The notes under the pieces were generated by a model that was not told where the DNA came from, did no database searches, and saw only the letters and a program-made list of their open reading frames with translations. From the NCBI GenBank assembly GCA_900319615.1, contig ONPE01000005.1, positions 1-36,652 of the forward strand: a stretch of 36,652 bases of DNA, read 5' to 3'. How positions within the stretch are numbered: the stretch's first letter is position 1; the number at the start of each line of letters is the position of its first letter. A program made the position numbers and the translations under genes. Shown piece by piece: positions 10,019 through 20,118 of this stretch. This DNA comes from an uncultured Eubacteriales bacterium. Lineage in GTDB: Bacteria > Bacillota > Clostridia > Oscillospirales > Acutalibacteraceae.

Positions 10019-13000
10019 TTAATTCCAGCCGGTGACAATGTAATGACCCTTTTCGTTCTTGGAACCGTCCATCCAGAAGCCGGCGTAGCTGAAATCTGTA
10101 ATGTCCTCGGTCTGAGCGCCGTTACCGTTGTTCAGGATAACGCCGACAGCGCCTTGAGGAACATAGCATCTGAACTGGGTCTCGCCGTATTCGTTAGTGA
10201 CTGTCTCAGCCTGAGAGGCGCCGGGCCACTCGCCGTTGAGCTTATTACCGTTAGCGTCCCAAGCATAAACATATGCCGAGCCCCAGTTGAAGTTATCGGT
10301 GAGCAGGAAGGAAACCGAGCCGCCGCTGCCGCCCTGAGTGGGGTCGGTATTGCCGCCTGTGCCGGGATCTGCATAGTTGCCGTCATACTCTAAGGTGTAG
10401 GTGTCGCCTTCGCCGGGCTGCAGATAGAGGGTGTGAGTACCCGCGGGTACATACATCTTATCAAATGTGCTAGTAAGATTTGCTTGATTGACAAGAGTTA
10501 CGGGGTTCTGGAAGTTCGACCAGCCGTCGGTACAATACTGAACGCCTGTGTTATAGTTGCGGACAAATACATAGCTCGGGCCGATAAAGTCATAAGTGAG
10601 TCTGCCGTAATCGTCCATGTTGTGCTCGGAGTTCCTGGTGGCGTCGGAAGTACCGGCAGCCTCACAGTAAACTACAGCAACGAACTTGTTGGAAAGCTTG
10701 ACGAGAGTCTTCTGATCGCCGGACTCTGTGGGAGCTTCAGTCGGAACAACGGGAGTTGTAGCGGGCTGAGTAGCGGGCTCTGTGGGAGCAACGCCGCCGG
10801 CATAGAAGTACTCTGCGACCTTCTTCGGGTTGCTCATACCTGCAAGATAACGCTGGATGTATGTAGCGTCGATAATAGCGAGCTCGTCGTCGCCGTCGAC
10901 ATCGGCTGCGATAACGCCGTTGGGAGCAAGATGGCTGATGTCAGCGATATGGCGCTGGATCAGTGTAACGTCGAGGATGGAAACTTCATCGTCCAGGTCA
11001 GCGTCACCGCGGAGGAGCTTAACGCCTACAGGAGGCTCGGTGGGAGCTTCGGTAGGAGTCTGAGTCGGGATTGTGGGAGTCTCGCCGCCGAGAGAAGTGT
11101 CTGCAGCGGAAAGGGTAGCAACGGGATAATCGCCGTAGTCCTCGAAGCGGAGGTCGCGGAGGATCATGGCGCCGGTGAGCTCGTAGCCGCCGTTCTCACG
11201 GTTTGCAGCGCTGTTGGCTGTACCGTAGTTAACAACGGTCTCGGGCATTGTACGACCGCAGTAGCCGCCGCACTCGGAGAAGGAGTGGAACAGATGGCAG
11301 CGATCGTAAGCGTCCACATGTGCTTTATCGGTATACTGAGAACCGATGAAGCCTTCGTTGAACTTGACATAGTTAGTGTTGTTGGGAACTGTGTAGGAAT
11401 ACAGACCTTCCTGACCGGAAACGGGGGTCATCTTGTGAGAGTCATAAGAGCCGATCTTTGTGTTAGCGGCAATGCCGGTCTTGCACATTACGAAGATACC
11501 GACTGTACCTGAGCCTGTGGTGTCCTCATACGGCCACTTCATGACAGAGTTATCGAAGTAGACCTTCTTAGCCTCGTTAGCGTTCTTCTTCTTAACGTTA
11601 TAGCTTCTGGAAACGGTCTTGGTACCGTTTGTTGCGGTTACGGTGATATCAACGCTCTTGCCGTAAGGGATGGAGCTGTTGAGTGTGAAGGTTGTGGTGC
11701 CGTTGTTGACTGCAACTGCGTCGAGGTTGGAGACCTTGATGGAGCCGCCGGTAGCGTTGCCGATGTTGACCTTGACGGTAGCTGTAGCTGCGGTGTAACG
11801 GTTGAGGACCTCGGGAGTGAGGGTGGTGCCGTCGAGCTGAACGTCGATGGTGGGAGCGGAGTTCTGAGCTGTGGTGTTGTAAACTACAGCTACGCCGGTG
11901 GAGCCTACGTTACCTGTGATCTTGCCGCCGGAAACGGTGAAGTTAGCGCCGCTGACCTGATCCTTGTAGGTGCCGTTAGCCATGGTGCAGCTCTGGTTGA
12001 CGGATGTGGAGGAACCGTTCAGGTTGACGATGACCATACCTGTGGTGCCGCGCTGTACAAACAGATTGGAGCCGCTGGCGGATGTGCTCTCAGCCTGACC
12101 GACGAAAGCGTTCTTGAACTTGTTGACAGCTACGACTGTGGGATCCTTCCAAGTATCTGCGGAACCGGGAGCGCCCATCAGATCGTCGTACTTGATGAAG
12201 CCTGCGGAGTCGATAGCCTCATGCTTCGGGCGAACATAGAACAGAGCGGGTGCGTCTGCACGGGAGCCGACTACAGCCCAGCCGAGGATCTGCTGCTGCT
12301 TTGTAAGGCCTGTGGAAGCGCCGGAGCAGAAGTTATCGTGAGACTCTAACCACAGAACGTTCTGGTTCTTGGAGGAACCGCTGTAACCGTAGTTGATAAG
12401 ACCGGATGCGTTCTTGGAAGACAGAGCGCCGCGAACGGTGTTACCGAAAGCCCAGTCGGTTACGTTGATATAAGGAGTATAAGCATTGATCTGGAACTTG
12501 CCCGCGCTGTCGAGGATCTCGCCGTAGATGTAGGCGCCGGAGTTCTTAGCCTTGATAGCGTTTGTGACGGTCGGCCAGTACTGAGAAGCCAGAGAACCGT
12601 CGGAGGGAGTCTCGATGTGCTTTGCAGCGTCGAAGCGGAAGCCGTCAACGCCTGCGTCGGACAGCGGGTTGATAAGGTTGTTGACAACATAGCTCTGATA
12701 ATCGCTGCTGCCGGTGTTTGCGTCGGGGAGCTGATTATCGAGGTCGCCCTGAACCTGATTCTGACGGGAAGAATCGTCAGCCTTCATGGGATGGGTAAGA
12801 GCATCGTGACGAAGATAGCTTCTGAATGTAGCATTGATTTTGTTGCGGTCTTTTTTGGACTCACAGTTCTGAGCGTGGTTGGTAACAACGTCGGCTACGA
12901 CCTTTACGCCGTACTTGTGCAGCTCGGCGGTAGCAGCCTGCAGCTCAGCGGCAGTACCGAGGGCGTTGCCTACGGTCATGTCTGTGGGCTGGTAGAAGCA

Positions 13001-13303
13001 CCACCAGTCGGTCGCGTACGAGCCGTCGTTAGTGGTAGCCTTTGTTGCCTGGATCGGAGATATCTGTACGGATGAATAACCGGCCTGGGCGATCTCGGGA
13101 GCATACTTCACAAGATCTCTCATGCGCCAGTTGAACGCGTGCAGGATATTACCGCTCTGGACGTTGGGAGCAAGAGCATAGTCGGATTGCATAGCGCCTG
13201 CTGCAGCTGTGTCGGCGTCCGCGGCAGAGAAGCCGGGGATGACGCAAACAGTCAACAGCATGGCGACGACCATGATCAAGCTAACTACTTTTTTCATTTG
13301 CAT
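10019..13303 (-). CDS. Secreted modular GH13 alpha-amylase with dockerin and CBM26-like modules (amylosome-type enzyme)
   Basis: 1094 aa. Signal peptide; ILHAFNW, FYQP, DVVTNH, nucleophile DGFRFDAAKH, acid/base YGEIL, WLESHD (B. subtilis AmyE-like). Pro/Thr linkers; dockerin GDADLDDEVSILDV...ADVDGDDELAIIDATYIQRYLA at ~10841-11017; C-terminal NWGSAYVYAW...WPG...QTEDI module. Confidence 0.93.
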   Translation of the reverse strand: MQMKKVVSLIMVVAMLLTVCVIPGFSAADADTAAAGAMQSDYALAPNVQSGNILHAFNWRMRDLVKYAPEIAQAGYSSVQISPIQATKATTNDGSYATDWWCFYQPTDMTVGNALGTAAELQAATAELHKYGVKVVADVVTNHAQNCESKKDRNKINATFRSYLRHDALTHPMKADDSSRQNQVQGDLDNQLPDANTGSSDYQSYVVNNLINPLSDAGVDGFRFDAAKHIETPSDGSLASQYWPTVTNAIKAKNSGAYIYGEILDSAGKFQINAYTPYINVTDWAFGNTVRGALSSKNASGLINYGYSGSSKNQNVLWLESHDNFCSGASTGLTKQQQILGWAVVGSRADAPALFYVRPKHEAIDSAGFIKYDDLMGAPGSADTWKDPTVVAVNKFKNAFVGQAESTSASGSNLFVQRGTTGMVIVNLNGSSTSVNQSCTMANGTYKDQVSGANFTVSGGKITGNVGSTGVAVVYNTTAQNSAPTIDVQLDGTTLTPEVLNRYTAATATVKVNIGNATGGSIKVSNLDAVAVNNGTTTFTLNSSIPYGKSVDITVTATNGTKTVSRSYNVKKKNANEAKKVYFDNSVMKWPYEDTTGSGTVGIFVMCKTGIAANTKIGSYDSHKMTPVSGQEGLYSYTVPNNTNYVKFNEGFIGSQYTDKAHVDAYDRCHLFHSFSECGGYCGRTMPETVVNYGTANSAANRENGGYELTGAMILRDLRFEDYGDYPVATLSAADTSLGGETPTIPTQTPTEAPTEPPVGVKLLRGDADLDDEVSILDVTLIQRHIADISHLAPNGVIAADVDGDDELAIIDATYIQRYLAGMSNPKKVAEYFYAGGVAPTEPATQPATTPVVPTEAPTESGDQKTLVKLSNKFVAVVYCEAAGTSDATRNSEHNMDDYGRLTYDFIGPSYVFVRNYNTGVQYCTDGWSNFQNPVTLVNQANLTSTFDKMYVPAGTHTLYLQPGEGDTYTLEYDGNYADPGTGGNTDPTQGGSGGSVSFLLTDNFNWGSAYVYAWDANGNKLNGEWPGASQAETVTNEYGETQFRCYVPQGAVGVILNNGNGAQTEDITDFSYAGFWMDGSKNEKGHYIVTGWN

Positions 13304-13332
13304 CTTTAAAACCTCCTAATTAAACAAATGCT

Positions 13333-14601
13333 TTATTTGTTTTTGCCTTTATTTATCAGCTCAGACGCTTTGTCCACTATCGGAAGATCCTTGAGCGTTT
13401 TCTTTTTGGGAGAAGGCTCGGGTTCCTCCGGGCGAGGAGCAATATCGTCTGCTGAAATTTGCTTTTTCTTAAGTCGGCGCTCTGCACCCTCCTCGACGAG
13501 GGTGTATATCGCCGCGAATATCGGCACGCCGAGAAGCATGCCCGGTACGCTGAACAGTCCGCCGCCGACGATGACCGAGATCATGATCCAGAAGCCCGAG
13601 ATACCGACGGACTCGCCGAGTATCTTGGGTCCTAAGATGTTGCCGTCGAACTGCTGCAGGACTATCAGGAAGATCAGGAAGCCTAAAGCCTCCATCGGGT
13701 TGATGATGAGAAGCAGGAAGACCGTCGGGATCGCGCCTATGACCGGTCCGAAGAACGGTATCAGATTGAACACACCTATGATAACGCTTATCAGAAGCGG
13801 ATAGTGGAACCTGAATATCGTAAGACCGATAAAGCACATCACACCGATGATGGAAGAGTCGATGATCTTGCCGACGATGAACTTACCGCATTTATTGTTC
13901 AACACGTCGCCGATATGGAAAAGGCGCTTGTAGAACTTCTCGGGAGTATAAGCGACAATAGCTATCTTGAACTGGCGGATCAGCTTCTCCTTGCTTGCGA
14001 GCAGATAGATCGAGATGATGATACCGAGGCCCCAGTTGTATAGCACGGTGCCGATGCTCATAACGGTAGAGAAGGCGGACGGCAGATAGTTGGTGAAGAA
14101 GCTCTTGATGAACTCTGTCGTATCGTTGCCGGTGATAAGCGCGATGAGGTTGCTGTAGGTCGCCTGCTCGTAGATGTTGTAGCCGGTCATGTTCTTGATG
14201 AACTCAGCCGCGTTATCGGACGCCTCCCTGACCGCCCTTTCATATGCCGGTATACTGTCGATGAGTGTGGTAATGCTCGAAGACAGCTCCGGTATCAGGG
14301 TGCTGACAAGGAATGCTACTATACCGAAAATTATAACATATGCGAGCACTAAAGACAAGGGTTTGCGGAGCTTTTTCAGCCACGGGCGCTTAGTACCCAT
14401 CTTTTTGAAGAGGTGATCGTTGAACGCCTTGTACGGATAGTTGAGCAGGTAGGCTATGACAAGTCCGTACATTATCGGTGCAAGCACCGCAAAAACGGTC
14501 TTCAGAACTTCGTAGACAGATTTGATATTGACAAAAAAGAATATAAGAACCGTAGTATATAGTATCACTAACATTATATTCTTTATTTTCGGATTTTTCA
14601 A
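13333..14601 (-). CDS. AI-2E family (PerM/UPF0118) transporter
   Basis: 422 aa, multi-TM; NLIPFFGP, QQFDGNILGPKILG, GMLLGVP; TTG start with GAGGTG RBS. Confidence 0.92.
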   Translation of the reverse strand: MKNPKIKNIMLVILYTTVLIFFFVNIKSVYEVLKTVFAVLAPIMYGLVIAYLLNYPYKAFNDHLFKKMGTKRPWLKKLRKPLSLVLAYVIIFGIVAFLVSTLIPELSSSITTLIDSIPAYERAVREASDNAAEFIKNMTGYNIYEQATYSNLIALITGNDTTEFIKSFFTNYLPSAFSTVMSIGTVLYNWGLGIIISIYLLASKEKLIRQFKIAIVAYTPEKFYKRLFHIGDVLNNKCGKFIVGKIIDSSIIGVMCFIGLTIFRFHYPLLISVIIGVFNLIPFFGPVIGAIPTVFLLLIINPMEALGFLIFLIVLQQFDGNILGPKILGESVGISGFWIMISVIVGGGLFSVPGMLLGVPIFAAIYTLVEEGAERRLKKKQISADDIAPRPEEPEPSPKKKTLKDLPIVDKASELINKGKNK

Positions 14602-14679
14602 TATATCACCTCAATTTTGTGCAATTTCACTCATATGTTTTTCAGTATCGCTCATATGAGCATATTGCCAGAAGGCGTA

Positions 14680-17600
14680 TCAGAACAGGCTCATCTGCGC
14701 CGTTTCGGGCAGATCGCCGAAAGCGCCGCATTCCTTGAGGGTCTCAACGACCGCCTTTGTTACCTTGGCGCGGTTGATAACGTCGTCTATACACAGATAC
14801 TCGCCCTGTTTTGCAGCCTGAGCGAGAGATAAAGCCGCGCTCTCCCCTACTCCGGTGAGCGAGCAGAACGGCAGACGTATCTTACCGTCTTCGATGACGA
14901 ATTTCTTCGCCTCACTTTTGTAGATGTCTACGGGCAGGACCTCTATGCCGCGCGCGAGCATCTCGTTCATTATCTGCAGCATCGGCACCTCTGCCTTATC
15001 CTTGGCGGAGGCTTCAAAGCCCTTTTCCTCGATGCTTTTGATCTTGCTGCGCACGGCGTCCCTGCCTTTTAGCAAAGTTGCTCCGTCGAAGTTATCGTTG
15101 CGAACGGTGAAGTACGCCGCGTAGAACGCGAGGGGCTTGTGCACCTTGTACCAACCCAGACGAAGCGCGGATATCATATATGCCGCGGCGTGAGCCTTGG
15201 GGAACATATACTTTATCTTCATGCAGGAGTCGATGTACCACTGAGGTACGTCGTGCTCCTTCATGGCGTTCAGGTGCTCTTCGGTGAGCATCTTGGTAGC
15301 CTTGCCCTTACGCACGATCTCCATGATCTTGAACGCCATAGACGGATCGAGCCCCTTGTGCATAAGGTAGGTCATGATCGAATCTCGCGTACCGATGACC
15401 TCCGAGATAGTGCAGGTGCCGTCCTTGATCAGGTCGGCGGCGTTGCCTATCCATACGTCGGTGCCGTGAGAAAGACCCGATATCTGCAACAGGTCGGTGA
15501 AGGTCTTGGGCTTGGACTCTACGAGCATCTGACGCACAAAGGAGGTGCCAAGCTCCGGCAGAGCGAAGGTGCCGGTGAGCGAGTCTATATCCTCGGGCGT
15601 GACGCCGAGAGCATCGGGCGAGGTGAACAGCGACATGACGTCCGGGTCGCTCATGCTGACGTCCATGACCGGGATGCCGGTGTTCTCTTCAAGATAGTGA
15701 TATATGGTGGGGACATCATGACCGAGCTCGTCGAGCTTGGTGATGGTGTCGTGTATCGAATGGAAGTCGAAATGTGTCGTTATATTGTCGGAGTCGCTCT
15801 TATCCGCCGGATGCTGGACGGGACAGAAGTCATAGACCTCCATGCCTCTCGGCACGACGACCATGCCGCCGGGATGCTGACCCGTCGTGCGTTTTACGCC
15901 GGTACAGCCGATGGCGAGACGGTTCATCTCAGCCTTGCGGAAAGTGCGGTTGTGTTCCTCGCAGTATTTCTTGACATACCCGTAGGCGGTCTTGTCGGCG
16001 ACGGTGGATATCGTACCGGCTTTAAAGACGTTCTCACGCCCGAAAAGCTCCTCTGTATAGCGGTGCGATGCGCTCTGCTGCTCACCGCTGAAGTTGAGGT
16101 CGATATCGGGTACCTTGTCGCCCTTGAAGCCGAGGAAGGTCTCAAAGGGTATCTCGTGACCGTCGCGCTCCATCGGAGTGCCGCAGTCGGGGCAATCCTT
16201 GGGAGGCATATCAAAGCCGGAGCCGTATTCGCCGTGCTCGAAGAAGATGCTCTTTTTGCACTTGGGGCACAGATAATGCGGACACAGCGGATTGACCTCG
16301 GAAATACCGGACATAGTGGCGACGAAGGATGAACCGACGGAACCTCGCGAGCCGACCAGATAGCCGTGCTTCTCGCTGTCGGCGACCAGCTTCTGAGCGG
16401 TCATGTACAGAACCGAGAAGCCGTATTTCGTGATAGAATTGAGCTCCTTGTCAAGCCGCGCCTTTACGATCTCGGGCAGCGGATCGCCGTATTTGTCCTT
16501 GGCTCTCTGCCAGGTGATGGAGGTAAGCTGCTCCTCCGCACCCTCGATAAACGGCGGAAAATTGCCCGTGGGTATCGGGCGGACATAGTCGCACATATCG
16601 GCGATCTTGTTTGTGTTGTCGATGACGACCTCCTCCGCCCTGTCGCCGAGATAGGCGAACTCCTCGAGCATCTCCGCAGTGGTGCGGAAGTACAGCGGAG
16701 CCTGCTCCTCCGCATCGTCGAAGCCCTGAGCCGCCATGAGAATCATACGGTAGTCTGCGTCGTGCGGATCCATGAAGTGGACGTCGCAAGTAGCGACCAC
16801 GGGCTTGCCGAGCTTATCGCCTAAAGCTAAAATGCGGCGGTTGACGCTCTGCAAGTGCTCTTCATCCCTGAAAGCTCCCTCGCGAAGCAAGAAACGGTTG
16901 TTGCCCGAGGGCTGAATCTCGAGATAGTCATAGAACGAAGCTATGCGCTCGATATCCTCCTCTGAGCTGTTGTGCAGGATGGCGCGGTACAGCTCGCCCG
17001 CCTCGCACGCCGAGCCTATTATCAGACCCTCGCGGTGCTTTATCAGCTCGCTCTTGGGTATGCGAGGACGGCGGTGGAAGTAGTTAAGATGCGAATATGA
17101 GATCAGTTTATACAGGTTCTTGAGACCTGTTTGATTCTTTACAAGAATTATCTGATGGTATGTATTCAGTTTTTTATAGTCGCCGCCGACGATCTTCTCC
17201 CTCATCTGATCGAGATCGTGAACATCGTGATCCTTTTCGAGCAGACGTATCATATTGAGGAAAATATTGGTCAGCATCTCTGCGTCGTCGACCGCACGGT
17301 GGTGGTTGAACTTGCCGAGCCTGAAATGCTTGGCGAGAGTATCCAGCTTCACGTTGAAAAGCTCGGGCAGGATATTACGCGCGATCGCGACGGTATCGAC
17401 CGAAGTATAGTTGTATTCGATGCCGAAGTCCGAGCACGCCTTGCGGATGAAACCGCAGTCGAACGGCGCGTTGTGCGCAACGAGAACCGCGTCGCCGCAG
17501 AAATCGAGGAAGCTCCTGACAGCCTGCTCCTGCGACGGAGCGCCCTTTACCATGCTGTCGGTTATGCCGGTGAGCTGGACTATCTTAGCCGGGATAGGAC

Positions 17601-19052
17601 GCTCGGGATCGGCAAAGGTCGAGAAGCTGTCGACGATCATGCCGTCCTTTATCTTCACGGCGCCGATCTCGGTGATCTTGTCGTTGGTGGCGTACAGTCC
17701 GGTTGTCTCGAGGTCGAAACACACAAAGGTGCCGTCGAGCCCCATATTTGCCTTACCCTCTACAGGAGTGCAGAGGTCGTCGATAAAATACGCCTCGGTG
17801 CCGTAGATGACCTTGATCTCTTTACCGTTGCGCTCGAGGCCCTCAGCGGAATTCATAGCGTCGGGGAACGCCTGCGCCACGCCGTGATCGGTGATAGCTA
17901 CGGCGGTGTGACCGAAATCAGCTGCGCGCTTTACCAGCTTGCCAGCCTCGGTGATAGCGTCCATCTGGCTCATGTTGGTGTGCAGATGGAGCTCCACTCG
18001 CTTCTTGGGCGCTTTGTCGACTACTTCGACCTTCTTGACAAAAGATATCGACTTTGCCGAGATGATCGTATCGCCGGCAAATTTATCGAATTCCACATCG
18101 CCGGAAACGATGATGGTAGAGCCTTTTTTTACGCCCTCGAGCACCGCGCAGTTCTGCACGCTGTCGAAAACCTTAACGGTGACGGAGCCGGTGTAGTCGG
18201 TTATATCGAAGTTGATGATGTTCTTGTCGCCGGATTTGGTGACCTTGGTCTCACACGCGAAGACGTCGCCCCATACGGTCGCCTTGCCGGTATCGTAGGC
18301 GATCTTCTCTATCGGCATCAGCTTGCCCTTTGTCACCCTGCCGTAGATCGGCTTGACGGTGGAGGGGATGATCTGCGGATAGAGATACTTGCCCTTGCGT
18401 ACCTCGATCTCGGATACGACGCCGTTCTTCTCCGACTCGGAGTCGGTGCGCTCTTCACCCTCAAAGAGTTTGGTCAGCTCGTCGAGCTTTTGGCGGTCGA
18501 TCTTCTTCTGCGCGTTGTCGATGCTGTCGGTGAACTGCTTATCATCAGCCTGTCGGTGAACTGCTTATCATCAGCATTCAGCTCTGTCACGCCGGAATAG
18601 GTGATCTCGAACCTCAGCCCGAACTCGCTGTATATCAGGTCGCTCAGAAGCATATCGAATTCCTTAGCCTGCAACAGAGCGGCGCCGCCGTGTGCGAGCG
18701 TGATATTCAGCCTGTCGTCGCCCTCGCGCTCAAGAACAGCGTCGTTGAGCGTACCGTTCAGGCTTGGATTATTCTGCCTGAGAGCCTCGACAAGCTCGTC
18801 AAAGTAGGCTGTATCGAAGGCTTCGCGCGGATACTTGGGATAGATGACCACCCTGTCGACGCCGATCTCAGCCTTGGCTATACGCTCCTGAGCCTCGAAG
18901 ATCGAGCGCCTCGTAAGAAGATATTCGGAGTATACTTCTATATTCAGTATTCGTCTTTCTTTGTTTATACGGATATTTTTCACCGCTGCCTCGGCAAGCG
19001 AGCCGTCGAGCTCGACCGAATACGGTGAAAAGACTTCGCCGAGTTTAATCAT
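14680..19052 (-). CDS. polC: DNA polymerase III PolC-type, frame broken by a 26-bp tandem duplication
   Basis: ORF 18474-19052 gives the N-terminal domains. ORF 14680-18336 gives OB, PHP (HLHT..D), exonuclease (FDLETTG, HNAPFD, HRA..DA), Zn finger CPKC..CPDC and catalytic PDIDLNF. Removing one duplicate copy gives a continuous 1448-aa ORF. Confidence 0.96.
18524..18575. repeat. Perfect 26-bp tandem duplication inside polC
   Basis: CTGTCGGTGAACTGCTTATCATCAGC at 18524-18549 and again at 18550-18575. Confidence 0.97.
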
Positions 19053-19073
19053 TCATACACCTTTCAAAAGTAA

Positions 19074-20117
19074 TCAGAGCTTGTCTACCTCTTCGAGAAG
19101 TCTGTCGATCAGCTCGCTTTCGGGAACCTTGCAGATTATCTCGCCCTTTTTGAAGATAAGCCCCATGCCGTCGCCGCCGGCTATACCGATGTCGGCTTCC
19201 TTAGCCTCGCCGGGACCGTTCACAATACAGCCCATGACCGCGACGGTGATGTTTTTATCGCAATCCCGCAGGCGTTCCTCAGCCTCGCGGGCAAGTGAAA
19301 TCAAATCTATTTTCGTTCTTCCGCAGGTCGGACAGGATACGAAGCGCACTCCCCCATCTCCCATGCCTAAAGCCTTCAGGATATCCTTGGCGGCATAGAC
19401 CTCTTCTACCGGGTCGTCCGTCAGAGAAACGCGGATAGTATCGCCGATGCCGTCTGCCAAAAGCGCACCGATACCGACGGCTGATTTGATGATGCCCATG
19501 CGCTTGGTGCCTGCCTCGGTAACGCCGAGATGCAGCGGATAATCGCACTGCTGAGCAGCCAGACGGTACGCCTGTATCATCGTGGTGACGTCGGAAGACT
19601 TCATCGACAGCACTATATCGGTGAAGTCGAATTTTTCCAGAAGAGAAGCGTGATACAAAGCGCTGTCGCAAAGCGCCTGTGCGGTCGGATGACCGTATTT
19701 CTCGAGTATATGCTTCTCCAGCGAGCCGGAGTTCACGCCTATGCGGATGGGGATATTCTTGGCTATGCAGGCGTCGGCGACCGCCTTGACGCGGCTGTCG
19801 TCGCCTATATTGCCGGGATTGATCCTTATCTTATCGACCCCTGCGGCTATGGATTCAAGAGCTAACTTGTAGTTGAAGTGGATATCGGCGACTATCGGCA
19901 CGCTCACGGCTTCTTTGAGAGCCGCTATGAGCCTTACGGCGTCGGAATCCGGGACCGCCGCGCGGATGATCTCACAGCCAGCAGCTTCAAGCTGCTTTGC
20001 CTGAGCCACCGAGCCCTCGATATCCGAGGCGGGTCTGTTGAGCATCGACTGGACGGTCACCTTGGCGCCGCCGCCGATCTTTGTATTCAATGCGGTAACA
20101 GATAGTTTACTGCTCAC
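19074..20117 (-). CDS. ispG: (E)-4-hydroxy-3-methylbut-2-enyl diphosphate synthase
   Basis: VQSM, ADIHF, RINPGN, RIGVNSGSL, PLHLGVTEAG, SCPTCGR, MGCIVNGPGE. Confidence 0.96.
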   Translation of the reverse strand: MSSKLSVTALNTKIGGGAKVTVQSMLNRPASDIEGSVAQAKQLEAAGCEIIRAAVPDSDAVRLIAALKEAVSVPIVADIHFNYKLALESIAAGVDKIRINPGNIGDDSRVKAVADACIAKNIPIRIGVNSGSLEKHILEKYGHPTAQALCDSALYHASLLEKFDFTDIVLSMKSSDVTTMIQAYRLAAQQCDYPLHLGVTEAGTKRMGIIKSAVGIGALLADGIGDTIRVSLTDDPVEEVYAAKDILKALGMGDGGVRFVSCPTCGRTKIDLISLAREAEERLRDCDKNITVAVMGCIVNGPGEAKEADIGIAGGDGMGLIFKKGEIICKVPESELIDRLLEEVDKL

Positions 20118-20118
20118 G

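Noticed and set aside
18337-18575. Programmed frameshift or intein in polC
   Set aside because: The exact 26-bp duplication fully explains the frame change; no slippery site or intein motifs were seen.
15139-18600. Long antisense ORFs (397 and 489 aa here; similar ones opposite the amylase, dxr, ntpA and ntpB)
   Set aside because: Shadow frames of well-supported genes caused by codon bias; no recognisable motifs.
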